Source: an archaeon
GTDB lineage: Archaea > SpSt-1190 > DYHY01
Assembly: GCA_043803745.1 (NCBI GenBank)
Contig: JAZDJS010000015.1
Location: forward strand, 26,017-90,016
Direction: 5' to 3'
DNA length: 64,000 nt
Shown here: one piece after another, positions 1 through 9,747 of the stretch
How positions within the stretch are numbered: position 1 is the stretch's first letter
Layout: every line of letters begins with the position of its first letter
Notes under the pieces: model-generated
What the model was told of the DNA's origin: nothing
Database searches by the model: none
Seen by the model: the letters and a program-made list of their open reading frames with translations, nothing else
Program-made: the position numbers and the translations under genes

Positions 1-896
1 CCAGAGAGGACCTGGCAGGGCATCTCGTAATAGGGCTCGCGCCGCACACTTCGGCAGGGATAGTCGGAAGAATAATAGGATTCAGCAAGGCGCGCGCGGG
101 GTTCGCGCACCCGATGTTTCATGCCGCCAAGCGGCGGGATTGCGACGGCGACGAGGATTCCGTGATGCTCCTCATAGAGGCTTTGATTGACTTTTCAAGG
201 GAATTCCTGCCGAACACGCGCGGTTCCTCGACAATGGACGTTCCGCTGGTCCTGACGACAATCCTCGATCCGACCGAAGTCGACGACCAGGTTCACGAAT
301 TGGACATTGCGTCGGAATATCCGCTTGAACTTTACGAGAAGGCCCAGGAGTATGTTTCCCCCGTGCTTCTTGAAAGACCGATTGAACGCTTGAAGAACCG
401 TCTCGGAAAGCCCGCTCAGTACGAAGGGATGTCATTCACGCACGCCACTTCGAACATATCGGATGCAGTTTCAATAACCCGATACAGGTTCCTTGGCGCA
501 ATGGTGGAGAAGGTCACGGAGCAGCTCGAGCTTGCCGAGCGGGTCACCGCCGTAAACGCCGACGATGTCGCAAACCTCGTTCTTTCGACGCACTTCATAC
601 GCGACATCAAGGGCAATATGAGAACCTTCTGTCGCCAGTCTTTCCGTTGCGTCAAATGCAACGAGAAATACCGCAGGGTTCCGCTGGTTGGACGGTGCTT
701 GAAATGCAGGGGTAAACTGGTGCTGACAGTCTATCAGGGAACGATAGAAAAATACCTTGAGGCATCCAAGAGGATATCCGAAAAGTACAATGTTCCCCCC
801 TACCTGAAGCAGGAACTGCTGATTCTGCAGAAGCGGCTTTCGGCGATGTTCGGAAAGGAAAACCAGAAAAACCTGGATTCGTTCTTTGCAGCCTAG
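1..896 (+). CDS. polC: DNA polymerase D large subunit DP2, C-terminal part (5' truncated by window)
   Basis: HAAKRRDCDGDED catalytic motif, MDVPLVL, C-terminal CxxC..CxxC zinc finger; frame is open from the window start. Confidence 0.95.
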   Translation, partial: REDLAGHLVIGLAPHTSAGIVGRIIGFSKARAGFAHPMFHAAKRRDCDGDEDSVMLLIEALIDFSREFLPNTRGSSTMDVPLVLTTILDPTEVDDQVHELDIASEYPLELYEKAQEYVSPVLLERPIERLKNRLGKPAQYEGMSFTHATSNISDAVSITRYRFLGAMVEKVTEQLELAERVTAVNADDVANLVLSTHFIRDIKGNMRTFCRQSFRCVKCNEKYRRVPLVGRCLKCRGKLVLTVYQGTIEKYLEASKRISEKYNVPPYLKQELLILQKRLSAMFGKENQKNLDSFFAA

Positions 897-1237
897 CCTT
901 TGGGAGGCGCAGGATCGGCGCTTTCCGTGGTCAGGGCAGCCTCAGGTTTGTTGGGTTTTTCCCGCCTAACCGTTCCGCACCTGGGGCAAGCTAGAAGACC
1001 GTCAGCACCTAGCCAGCTGAATTTGCATTCCGGATTCTCGCAATATACCACTTCCTCGCCTTCCCCTTCGGGAAGAGAGCCGCACTGGGAACATTTCAAT
1101 CCTTCACGGAGCTCCCAGCCCCAGCCGCATTTTTTGTTCGAGCAGTAAACCATCCCAAATCGCAGTCGCTCCCTTTGCCGCACCCTCCTTGCCTGTGCAA
1201 TCGCGGCAGAAAGAGGCTTCGTCTTCCGTCTTCCCAT
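893..1237 (-). CDS. small protein with two zinc-ribbon repeats (~114 aa)
   Basis: ATG at 1237 (MGRRKTKP); YCSNKKCGWGW..KCSQCG and YCENPECKFSW..CPRCG; paralog at 16471-16737. Confidence 0.7.
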   Translation of the reverse strand: MGRRKTKPLSAAIAQARRVRQRERLRFGMVYCSNKKCGWGWELREGLKCSQCGSLPEGEGEEVVYCENPECKFSWLGADGLLACPRCGTVRREKPNKPEAALTTESADPAPPKG

Positions 1238-1317
1238 TGCCAAAATGAGAAAATTCCTGTTTTTATTCTTTCCTGCGTGAAACTTTCCTGAGCCTAGGAC
1301 TTCGCCTGATGGCTCAG

Positions 1318-1467
1318 CCGCCTCCTTGAGGCGGAAATATCCGTGCTTAAGCACCGATGCCCAGGGGGACACAGGCGAGCTTCGACCGCAAAGAGAAATG
1401 CGCTTAAGGGGGCTCGCCGCATTGCCCGACATCGCTTGGCTAGTTCAAGTAGTTCAAGTAGTTCAAG
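1318..1467 (+). repeat. structured intergenic element related to the IS200/IS605-like mini-element at 16321; ends in (TAGTTCAAG)x3
   Basis: hairpin CCGCCTC-CTT-GAGGCGG at 1318-1334; TCCGTGC-ttaa-GCACCGA at 1340-1357; CTTCGACCGCAAAGA at 1380-1394; three tandem 9-mers at 1441-1467. Confidence 0.55.
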
Positions 1468-1515
1468 GATTCATAGGTGTTAGCCCGCAGCAATTCAATT
1501 TCTTCGATAAGGCAA

Positions 1516-1773
1516 TTATTTCACGTTTTGCCCGTATGCAGCCGAGTCAACATCATAATCCTGCCTGACTGGTCTGCGCTTGAAGATTTTCATGAAAATG
1601 AAAAGGAGCGCGATCAGTATTATCAGGGGGTCCCTGGAGGCCAGAATTATCGCAAGCAGGGCTGCGAGAAACAGGAACGAGAACACTTCAAGGAAATTCC
1701 CGGTCATGACCGATTCGAAGAAGAGCGTGAAGAACATGAGCGCGGCAATCAGAATCAACCAAATCCACTGCAT
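1516..1773 (-). CDS. small membrane protein
   Basis: 85 aa, mostly hydrophobic helices, divergent from secF. Confidence 0.65.
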   Translation of the reverse strand: MQWIWLILIAALMFFTLFFESVMTGNFLEVFSFLFLAALLAIILASRDPLIILIALLFIFMKIFKRRPVRQDYDVDSAAYGQNVK

Positions 1774-1881
1774 TTCTTGCGACCTTCCGGGAGCATGTCA
1801 GCGCCCCTTAAAATTCCTTTCTATTACCCGGAAATCTTGGGCGCCCAAAAGTTAAAAAACCCCCCCGGAACACCCCCCAGA

Positions 1882-2829
1882 ATGTCTTCTGAACACCCGT
1901 TTGTCGAGAGATTCAAGCAGATTTACTCTCGGAACTACAAGAAGTTCTTCATCGTCCCTGCGCTCGCAGTTCTTTTCTGCCTCGGCGTGATAGCCTGGAA
2001 CTACTATTCAACTGGAGAGCTCGTTTCAACGGGAATAGACCTCAAAGGGGGGATAATAGTTACTGTTGGCTGGAATTTTTCATCCGAGCCTTCGATAGCC
2101 AGCATGAAAACCGCATTGATTTCTGAAAATCTGGAAAAAGACATTTCGATTTCCAGGATAGACGCATTCGCCTCTGGGAAAATCAAACTCAGGGCGCTCC
2201 AGTTCGAAGCCCCGCCGGAGGCGGATCCGGTCAAATTCACCCAATCCGTCAGGACCGTCTTGTCTTCCGAAGGATTCGAGACGGATCCGGTTGAATATAA
2301 CGTAAAGATAGTGGGCCCGGCGGTCGGAAAGGTGTTCCTCTCCAACACCTACATCGCAATGGCCATGGGCTTCTTTTTCCTCGGAGTCGTGATTTTCTTC
2401 ATTTTCAAGAAAAAGGCAGTAATCGCAACAGTCATTTCCTGCATCTTTTTCGATTTTCTAGGAGGGCTTGCAACAATGAATATTCTGGGAATCAAGCTTT
2501 CCCCGATAACTCTCGCATCCCTTCTGATGCTGATAGGCTTCTCAATTGATAGCGACATTCTGATAACGACTGCCGTTCTGAAGAATCGAGAGGGTCCCGC
2601 AATTGACAGGGCAATTTTCGCAATGAAGACGGGCATAACAATGGCTCTTGCCGCATCTGCAAGCCTTACCGCGCTTTACATTCTGTCGGGAACCGCCGTT
2701 CTCAAAGACATGACCGTGATTCTGCTCGGGGGCCTGTTTTTCGATCTTATACACACGTGGTTCACGAACCTCGGGGTGCTTTTTTTGATTGCCGAGAAGG
2801 AATCCGCAACGGGAGCGCAGCACCAATGA
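1882..2829 (+). CDS. secF: protein translocase subunit SecF
   Basis: GIDLKGG, VGPAVG and IGFSIDSDILIT motifs with six TM segments; likely ATG at 1882 (MSSEHP). Confidence 0.92.
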   Translation: MSSEHPFVERFKQIYSRNYKKFFIVPALAVLFCLGVIAWNYYSTGELVSTGIDLKGGIIVTVGWNFSSEPSIASMKTALISENLEKDISISRIDAFASGKIKLRALQFEAPPEADPVKFTQSVRTVLSSEGFETDPVEYNVKIVGPAVGKVFLSNTYIAMAMGFFFLGVVIFFIFKKKAVIATVISCIFFDFLGGLATMNILGIKLSPITLASLLMLIGFSIDSDILITTAVLKNREGPAIDRAIFAMKTGITMALAASASLTALYILSGTAVLKDMTVILLGGLFFDLIHTWFTNLGVLFLIAEKESATGAQHQ

Positions 2830-4124
2830 ACTGGGGAAAGCTTGTGAAAAATTGGCGGGTCGCGTTTGCAATAATCTCGATTGCGGCAGCCCTTTTTTTC
2901 GTCGCTCCACGGGTCGGACCGAACGGATGGGAAACGAACGTCCAGAAGGGGTTCGACATAGAGGGCGGAGTCAGGGCAATACTTTCCCCGGAGAGTACGG
3001 ACAGGCAGCTCGTTCAGGACACAATCGAAATTCTCAGGCACCGGCTGAATGTGTACGGACTGAAGGACATCAAGATAAGCACCGCTAGCGACCTTACGGG
3101 CGAGACGTACATACTCGTGGAAGCGGCGCGGCTCACCGAAGAGGATGTCCGCTCCGTTGTTGCAAAGCAGGGAAAATTCGAGGCGAAAATAGGCAACGTA
3201 ACAATCTTCACAGGACAGGACATCGTCGTGGATTCTTACAAGAACGCAATAAGGCCCGTCAACAACTATTATGAATATTTCATCGCCCTTAGGATAATCA
3301 ATCCGGACGCATCCCAGAGGTTCGCAACGGAAACTTCGCGCCTTTCAATTGCATTCTCCGACTTTACGGCGGAGAGCGCATATCTCAACGAAACGCTTGA
3401 CATTTATCTCGACGGTAAAAGCGTCAGTTCCCTGCAGATAGCATCCGACCTGAAGGGAAGAGTTTTCGACAGCCCGGTTGTGCAGGGCGCTGCCGAGAAA
3501 AAGGAGGAGGCCCAGACCCGTATGGAGCAGATGAAAGCGCTTCTCCAGTCGGGTTCCCTGCCGATGAAAGTCGAGGTTTCCTCGATAGACAAAGTCTCTC
3601 CAGCCCTAGGAGGAACCCTGCTGCAGAACGTCCTGGTCGCCGGGCTCGTAGCAGTCTTGGCGGTCGGGTTTGTAATTTTCCTTCGATACAGGTCCCCCAT
3701 CCTCACCGGGTTGATAATGACAACCGTTTTCACCGAAGCCCTGCTAGTTCTCGGGATTTCTGTCGTGATAAACTGGCAGCTTGACCTTTCTGCGATAGCG
3801 GGAATAATAGTTTCCCTCGGAACGGGGGTCAACCAGGAAATAATAATGGTTGACGAATATTTCTTTTACGGCAAGGATCGCCGCCGGCTTTCATTCAAGG
3901 AAAAAATCAAGGAGGCCTCCTTCATAATCTTCGCAGCGTTCGGAAGCGGGATAGGCGCAATGCTCCCCCTGGTTTTCATCGGTCTCGGGGCTGTAAGGGG
4001 TTTCGCGATAACAACGCTGATAGGGATGGCGGGCGGAGTGTTCATTTCCCGACCGGCATTTTTGGCGGCACTTGACATTCTGACTGAGAACGAAGGGAAG
4101 CCGAACGAGAAAACGTCGGCCTGA
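2826..4124 (+). CDS. secD: protein translocase subunit SecD
   Basis: GFDIEGG, RLNVYGL, LQSGSLP, VSPALG and GTGVNQEII motifs; ATG at 2826 overlaps secF stop. Confidence 0.92.
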   Translation: MNWGKLVKNWRVAFAIISIAAALFFVAPRVGPNGWETNVQKGFDIEGGVRAILSPESTDRQLVQDTIEILRHRLNVYGLKDIKISTASDLTGETYILVEAARLTEEDVRSVVAKQGKFEAKIGNVTIFTGQDIVVDSYKNAIRPVNNYYEYFIALRIINPDASQRFATETSRLSIAFSDFTAESAYLNETLDIYLDGKSVSSLQIASDLKGRVFDSPVVQGAAEKKEEAQTRMEQMKALLQSGSLPMKVEVSSIDKVSPALGGTLLQNVLVAGLVAVLAVGFVIFLRYRSPILTGLIMTTVFTEALLVLGISVVINWQLDLSAIAGIIVSLGTGVNQEIIMVDEYFFYGKDRRRLSFKEKIKEASFIIFAAFGSGIGAMLPLVFIGLGAVRGFAITTLIGMAGGVFISRPAFLAALDILTENEGKPNEKTSA

Positions 4125-4149
4125 AGGGGAACTTCGCGGAATCCTCCGG

Positions 4150-4716
4150 CTAGTGGCGTCCGAAGACTGTCTGCAAGGTCAACAACTTCGAAATGAGGCC
4201 TGCGGAAGTGAGGGGGAGAAACTCATCTTGCACCATCACGAAAAGGAAGGCGAGTTTTTTCGTTGTCAAAGGGAAGCTGAAAATGCGCATAATTCTGATG
4301 GCGTCTGGTTCAGCCAGGAGCGCGCGTAACCTTGCCAAAGATTTGACCGCAGGAGAAGTCAGGCTCTTCTGAGCGGCGCCTAGTTCGTGCTTCCACCCTT
4401 CAAACTTAATGATTGCGGCAGCAATATCCCCGCCAGTTTCCTCAAGAGCCCGTCCAGCTTCTTCTTCTGTCTTACCGGACGCTTCCGCAACAACTCGGGC
4501 GTCATCGGTACTTCTTTCGGGACTCGTCCCGGAACCCGTTTCGGAAACCTCTCCGGAAACTTGGAAAGTTGTCTGCCCCATCACCTGCATTTTCACAACA
4601 GCAGGCCTCTCAACGACGAGTTTTCTGCCGTCCGCGAGGAAAATTTCGACCTTTTCAGCGTCAAGTTCCTCCGTGCTCATCTGTTTCATTATTTTCTGCA
4701 AATTTCGTACGTCCAT
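4150..4716 (-). CDS. nac: nascent polypeptide-associated complex protein with atypical C-terminal extension
   Basis: NAC domain (PAVVKMQVMGQTTFQVSG) and UBA-like end (ALEETGGDIAAAI), followed by ~80 extra residues. Confidence 0.85.
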   Translation of the reverse strand: MDVRNLQKIMKQMSTEELDAEKVEIFLADGRKLVVERPAVVKMQVMGQTTFQVSGEVSETGSGTSPERSTDDARVVAEASGKTEEEAGRALEETGGDIAAAIIKFEGWKHELGAAQKSLTSPAVKSLARLRALLAEPDAIRIMRIFSFPLTTKKLAFLFVMVQDEFLPLTSAGLISKLLTLQTVFGRH

Positions 4717-4721
4717 AAGAA

Positions 4722-5123
4722 TTACCCTTTCTTCCCAGCAGCAACATTTTTTACAATTATGACGGGAATGGGTGAGTTCTCGAAGACAACGCCGCTGGTG
4801 CTGCCGACGACCATTTTTTCAGAACCTTCCTTGTCTGTCGCGCCCATGACGACGTACTCGTATCTTTTCAGGGCTTCCGCCAGAATCGCCCCCGAAATGT
4901 CCTGGTTTTGCACGGAGACGTAATTGACCTCCACCGCATAAGTTTCATCAAGCTGTGAGCGTATCTTGTCGATGAGCTTCCCTTGCTCGAGCGTCATGAG
5001 TTCCGGCCCCTTGACATTGAAAACAGTCACGCTTCCATTGACCTCCCGTGCAAGCAGTCCGGCAACGTCCGACGCTCTCAAGTCGTGCAGGGTTCCCTTG
5101 ACTGGAAGGAGAAGGCGCCTCAT
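4722..5123 (-). CDS. universal stress protein (UspA family)
   Basis: RLLLPV start and VVMGA...VVGSTSGVVFENSPIPVIIV motif; likely ATG at 5123. Confidence 0.85.
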   Translation of the reverse strand: MRRLLLPVKGTLHDLRASDVAGLLAREVNGSVTVFNVKGPELMTLEQGKLIDKIRSQLDETYAVEVNYVSVQNQDISGAILAEALKRYEYVVMGATDKEGSEKMVVGSTSGVVFENSPIPVIIVKNVAAGKKG

Positions 5124-5210
5124 TCCAGGAACATTCACCAGCACATTTTTATTGTTTTCCTTCCAAATGCGGGGGTGGATGATGACTCTGCGCTCCTGAC
5201 CGAAAAAGGG

Positions 5211-6440
5211 ATGAACGGGATTTTGAGTTCTGACACTTGCGAGAACAAGCCCTTCTTGACCGAGCTCCTCCCGGGAACCGGCGGCGAGATAAAAACGTCC
5301 CCCGAGGATTTTTTCGTCGAGGAAATTCCCGCATTCCCATTTTCGGGTGAGGGCGAACATCTGATACTCTTGGTCGAGAAAAGGGGGCTGACTACGCACC
5401 GTGCGGCTGAGATATTGGCCGGAACGGCGGGAGTTTCTTCCGAAAAAGTTGGCTATGCGGGCTTGAAAGATGCGTTCGCCCTTACAAGACAGTTTTTTTC
5501 CGTTCAGACGCCCGGCGGCCCGCCGGAAACCGCCGCGCCCGGCTTGCGCATCGTTTCGGCAACAAGGCACGCGCACAAGCTGCGGGCCGGAATGCTTTCC
5601 GGGAACAGATTCAAAATCCGGATCAGAAACGTCCGGGCGCCCGGGAACGCTGCGGCAATCCTCGAAGTGCTCGGGTCCCGCGGCCTGCCAAATTACTACG
5701 GTTCCCAAAGGTTCGGCTCAATGAGAAGCGTTTCCGCAAAGGTGGGCTTCGCGCTTCTGAGAGGGGACTTCGAACTGGCAGTCAGGGAGTACCTTTCGGT
5801 TTCCGGAGCCCAAGAGCCGGACAAGACGCGGAGCGCGAGAAGCTTGTGCAGCGAGGGAAATTTTTCGGAAGCGGCCAGAACATTCCCTCCCGGATGTTTC
5901 TACGAACTGCGCTTGATATCCCTCTTGGAGGCGCTCGGAAACCCCGAGAGCGCGTTTCGGCGGACTTTCCCGAAGCATCTTCTGCGTCTTTTCGTTTCGG
6001 CGACGCAATCGGAAGTCTTCAACAAGATACTGTCAGAAAGGATCCGGTCGATAGATTCATTCATCGACGGGGATGTCGGGATGTTCGAAAAAGGGGCGGT
6101 TTTCTTCCGGCACGCAGTTCCGGAGGATCCGCGCCTCAAGACGTTCGAGGTTTCCCCATCCGGGGTGCTGGTTGGCAACAAGGCAATTCTTGCGGAAGGG
6201 GCTGCGGGGGAGATAGAGCGGCGGGCGATTTCTTCAACGGGCTTTTCGGAATCCGAAAGCTTCCCCAAATCGCGCCTTCCTTTCCGCCTCGATGGTAGCC
6301 GCCGCCGGCTTCGGGAAAGGATTTCAGAGGCTTCCATTTCCGCAGCGCCCGACGGGACGGAAGACATTTTAATCTCATTTGTCCTTCCAAAGGGAACTTA
6401 TGCGACCGAAGTTCTCCGGGAGGTGACAAAAACCGCTTGA
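5211..6440 (+). CDS. truD: tRNA pseudouridine(13) synthase TruD
   Basis: PEDFFVEE, YAGLKD, GNRFKIRIR, NYYGSQRFG, QSEVFN and LPKGTYAT motifs. Confidence 0.93.
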   Translation: MNGILSSDTCENKPFLTELLPGTGGEIKTSPEDFFVEEIPAFPFSGEGEHLILLVEKRGLTTHRAAEILAGTAGVSSEKVGYAGLKDAFALTRQFFSVQTPGGPPETAAPGLRIVSATRHAHKLRAGMLSGNRFKIRIRNVRAPGNAAAILEVLGSRGLPNYYGSQRFGSMRSVSAKVGFALLRGDFELAVREYLSVSGAQEPDKTRSARSLCSEGNFSEAARTFPPGCFYELRLISLLEALGNPESAFRRTFPKHLLRLFVSATQSEVFNKILSERIRSIDSFIDGDVGMFEKGAVFFRHAVPEDPRLKTFEVSPSGVLVGNKAILAEGAAGEIERRAISSTGFSESESFPKSRLPFRLDGSRRRLRERISEASISAAPDGTEDILISFVLPKGTYATEVLREVTKTA

Positions 6441-7738
6441 GACGAAAGCGAGACTTTCTTTTGATTTTCGTCGTTTTTCTCCTGGGACTGTCCATAAGGC
6501 TCTATTTTGCATTCCAGGGTTCGGGACTGATCGGGGCGGACGGGTTTTTCCACAATTACCTGGTCTCGGAGACGGTTGAACATGGTGCGTTTCCATCCAG
6601 CGATCCGTTTTCCTGGGGCGGCCGCGAAGTAAGATATTTTCCCGGATTCCACCTTCTTCTCTCAACAATCCTCATTTCAACAAAAATTCCCACGAGCCTT
6701 CTCTTTCTTGCGGGACCCGTCTTTTTCTTCATTGCATTCCTCGCAATAGTCTCGATTGCGCGCAAGCAGGGAATCAGCTCATTACCCCTATGCGCCCTGT
6801 TCTCAACGATTCCCGTCCTGATATGGAAAACGACAACGAACCTCCTTCCGGATTCAGCCGTTCTTTTCCTGCTCTTGATTTCGATATTCGTAACGAAGAG
6901 CTCTGAACTCCCGATTTCCGCGGCGATTCTGATCGGCGGTTCCCTTATTCACCCCATTTTCTTCGTTGCGTACGTTCCACGCATAATTGAATCGAAATCG
7001 AGGGCCAAACTGGTCGGTATTTTGGCGACCCTCGCAGTCTCCCTCCTGGTATTGCATTTCGCCGGACTCCGAATCCCTTCGGATGCCCGCCAGAACGTTC
7101 CATCGGCGATGCAGGACGAAATTTTCGAGGGGGTTGATTTTGTCAAGATAACCTACCGGCTGGGACCCTCACTGGTTCCGATGCTTCTTCTTTTCCCGGA
7201 GAACTTCCTGTATTTTGCCGCGCCGCTGGTTCCCGTGCTGCTGAAGGTGATCGAACTTGATCGGGGGCTCTTCATTTCCGCCCTTTTCATGATGCTGGTC
7301 GCGGGAAAGTTCATTTCCCGAAGGAAGACATTCACCCAGGTGCTGGTGATTTCAATCCTTTTTTTCTGGTCATTCTACTCGATTCGCGCCCTCTCCTGGG
7401 CGCCCGTTAGGCAAGGGGATTTCAATTCACTCTTTTGGACGTCCGAGAATACGCCCCGGGAGTCGACAATCATCACGCTTCCCGGCGACGGATATCTCGT
7501 AGCATATGTAGCCAGGCGGAAAAATACGATTGACGGGCATTTCTCCGGGATGTCCAACTCTTCCAGAAGGCTGGCTGATGTGACCGGCGCGCTGTCATCC
7601 CCGGAAAAATACGCCGCAAGCCTGAACGCATCCACATTGGTTCTCACGTCCAGGACTGCGCACGTTGCAATCAGTCCGGAATGGAAGAAGCTGTCCGAAA
7701 CCGGAGCTGCTGGAGGGGTTTTCGTTTATACCGGATAG
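6437..7738 (+). CDS. GT-C/STT3(AglB)-like multipass membrane protein
   Basis: N-terminal TM then ADGFFH; many TM segments; soluble C-terminal domain WTSENTP..S.II..PGDG....ARRK resembling the AglB C-domain. Confidence 0.6.
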   Translation: MRRKRDFLLIFVVFLLGLSIRLYFAFQGSGLIGADGFFHNYLVSETVEHGAFPSSDPFSWGGREVRYFPGFHLLLSTILISTKIPTSLLFLAGPVFFFIAFLAIVSIARKQGISSLPLCALFSTIPVLIWKTTTNLLPDSAVLFLLLISIFVTKSSELPISAAILIGGSLIHPIFFVAYVPRIIESKSRAKLVGILATLAVSLLVLHFAGLRIPSDARQNVPSAMQDEIFEGVDFVKITYRLGPSLVPMLLLFPENFLYFAAPLVPVLLKVIELDRGLFISALFMMLVAGKFISRRKTFTQVLVISILFFWSFYSIRALSWAPVRQGDFNSLFWTSENTPRESTIITLPGDGYLVAYVARRKNTIDGHFSGMSNSSRRLADVTGALSSPEKYAASLNASTLVLTSRTAHVAISPEWKKLSETGAAGGVFVYTG

Positions 7739-7751
7739 ATAATCTTATAGA

Positions 7752-8471
7752 TTGAAAACGGGCCTTTTAGCGGTGGTTTCGAGGGTTCCGAGCAAAAAGG
7801 CAATACTTCTCCTGGCTTTTGCGGTATGTACGGCGACCTATTTCCTCGGGGTTCTCAGCGGGCTTTATGCGAACAAACTGCTCGAAAAAAAAGTCAGCAC
7901 GGATATGGGGGTCATCAAGTACTACATGGATTCCTCCTCGCTTGACATGAAAAACATGCTGCTCCTTCAATTCTTCATGGAGAATATGGGAGATTCCTGC
8001 AAATTCTCCGAACTCTACCTATCCCACCTTTATGACCAACTCCAGCCATATTGGTCGCGCCTTCCGAAGGACATCGAGGCATATGACCGGGAGCAGACCG
8101 GCTCCGCCGAATATATCGCGCTCAAGAGGGAATACACCCGGCTTTCCTTGCGCATCTGGCTTACTGCCGAACGCAACCAGCAGGCCTGCAATTCCACCAA
8201 GTTTGTCCCGATTCTTTACTTTTACTCCAAGGCTTGCGCCAATTGCACGCTGCAGAGGGAAATTCTGGATACCTTCTCCCTTGAGATGAGGCAGAGGGGA
8301 TTTAGCATAGTCATCTTCCCGATAGATGAGACTTTCGAGGACGATACAATATATCTTCTCAAGAAATACTACAATCTGACGGCATTTCCCTCAGTTGTTT
8401 TCAAAAACACCCTCTTCAACGGGGTCGTTGCCGGACAGGGCGATCTTCTTCAGGTCCTGGGCACTAATTGA
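7752..8471 (+). CDS. membrane-anchored thioredoxin-fold protein
   Basis: N-terminal TM, YFYSKACANC (CxxC), FPSVV cis-Pro loop. Confidence 0.65.
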   Translation: MKTGLLAVVSRVPSKKAILLLAFAVCTATYFLGVLSGLYANKLLEKKVSTDMGVIKYYMDSSSLDMKNMLLLQFFMENMGDSCKFSELYLSHLYDQLQPYWSRLPKDIEAYDREQTGSAEYIALKREYTRLSLRIWLTAERNQQACNSTKFVPILYFYSKACANCTLQREILDTFSLEMRQRGFSIVIFPIDETFEDDTIYLLKKYYNLTAFPSVVFKNTLFNGVVAGQGDLLQVLGTN

Positions 8472-9747
8472 CCTTTTCCCAGACGTTCTTTTGATTTCCG
8501 TCGAAATACGCAGGCAGGCAGAAAACGTTCACGATCATTATCGAAAGCCAGAACGGGAACATGAAAGCCAAAGGGATCAAAGTTCTCGGAGCGAACCGCT
8601 TGTCGAATTTCCAGACCGCGTAGACATAGAGCGGATATGACAGGAGGGTGCTTGCTATGCCGACAACATTCAGATAGGTGACCGGTGTTGCCCCTGTGAA
8701 CAGCCCGCCGAACCAGTTGAAAAAGCCGAATATCGAGAGCCATCCGAAAAGGAACCCCGCAACCCCCATACTGGCAAGGACGCCCTTTGAAGCAAAATAT
8801 ATGAAATAGCCGCTGGCAATCTGGTAGACGGTTATCAACCCCATGACTATTGCCTGTATGTAGTTGAACAAAAGAAGGGGCAGGGTGTAAAGATCTATTG
8901 CCGTCTTGGCCTTTCCGGCAAGGTGTTTCCGAAGAATGTACAAAAGACCCTTCCCGAACCGCGCCTTCTGCTTCAGGAACCCCCCAAGGGTCGAGGGCAT
9001 GACCGTCTCAGAAACTGCATCGCTCGAGAACGCGACGGAATACCCCCGCCTTATCAGGCGGATTGTTATGTCAACATCCTCGGAAAAACCGCCTGTGCTG
9101 AACCCTCCGACCTGGATGAGCGCGCGCCTGCGGTACATGCTCAAGGGGCCGGGGGTCACAACATTCGCGTTGGCGTTCGCGAACATCATCCGCGTCAGGG
9201 CGCCGTAAAGTTGTTCAACATGAAGCCACATCCCGATGAAAGTTTTCCGATTTTTCACCTTGACGACGCCCGTTGCGGCGGCAACATTCCGTTTTCCCAA
9301 TTCGTTCGCAAGGAAGCCGAGGGCGCCCGGATCGACAGTCCCGTCCCCGTCAACAATTGCAACGAGCTCCCCGGTTGCCCGTGCGAGACCGACATTGAGG
9401 GAATCCGCCTTGCCGGTATGGGGCTTGCGTATCAGCAGTACTTTCTTGCCGAACCGCCTTCTCGCCAGTTCCGCCCCCCCGTCAGAGCTTCCGTCGTCAA
9501 CGACAATGATCTCCTTCCTTCCCGCAAAGTTCGCCGACAGCACGGACGAAATGCACTCGGCAATCCTCGGCCGTTCATTGTGCATCGGAATTATTACACT
9601 GAGCGTCCGGTACTTTTTTCTCACGGGGGCTTGGGAAAGCTCGTTTTGCTTGAAAATCAGGAGATAATAGTAGGAGATCACAACGCCCAGAAAAACCGTC
9701 GTTATTGCAGAAGGGACGAAGACAAAAAGAACATCCTGCGGCATCAT
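8464..9747 (-). CDS. GT2 processive glycosyltransferase (PgaC/cellulose synthase-like)
   Basis: VVDDGSSD, GKADSLN, DGD, SED and QKARF motifs; C-terminal TM segments; ATG at 9747 or 9744. Confidence 0.9.
   Translation of the reverse strand: MMPQDVLFVFVPSAITTVFLGVVISYYYLLIFKQNELSQAPVRKKYRTLSVIIPMHNERPRIAECISSVLSANFAGRKEIIVVDDGSSDGGAELARRRFGKKVLLIRKPHTGKADSLNVGLARATGELVAIVDGDGTVDPGALGFLANELGKRNVAAATGVVKVKNRKTFIGMWLHVEQLYGALTRMMFANANANVVTPGPLSMYRRRALIQVGGFSTGGFSEDVDITIRLIRRGYSVAFSSDAVSETVMPSTLGGFLKQKARFGKGLLYILRKHLAGKAKTAIDLYTLPLLLFNYIQAIVMGLITVYQIASGYFIYFASKGVLASMGVAGFLFGWLSIFGFFNWFGGLFTGATPVTYLNVVGIASTLLSYPLYVYAVWKFDKRFAPRTLIPLAFMFPFWLSIMIVNVFCLPAYFDGNQKNVWEKVN

Noticed and set aside
1261-1470. 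Possible RNase P, SRP or 5S RNA
   Set aside because: No GAGGAAAGUCC/P4 pairing, no SRP helix-8 motif and no 5S pattern found
1477-1881. 135-aa N-terminal extension of SecF in the ORF track
   Set aside because: It is the antisense of the 1516-1773 membrane gene; SecF similarity begins at ATG 1882
5124-5708. Long N-terminal extension of the UspA ORF
   Set aside because: Overlaps truD on the opposite strand; the Usp domain starts at 5123
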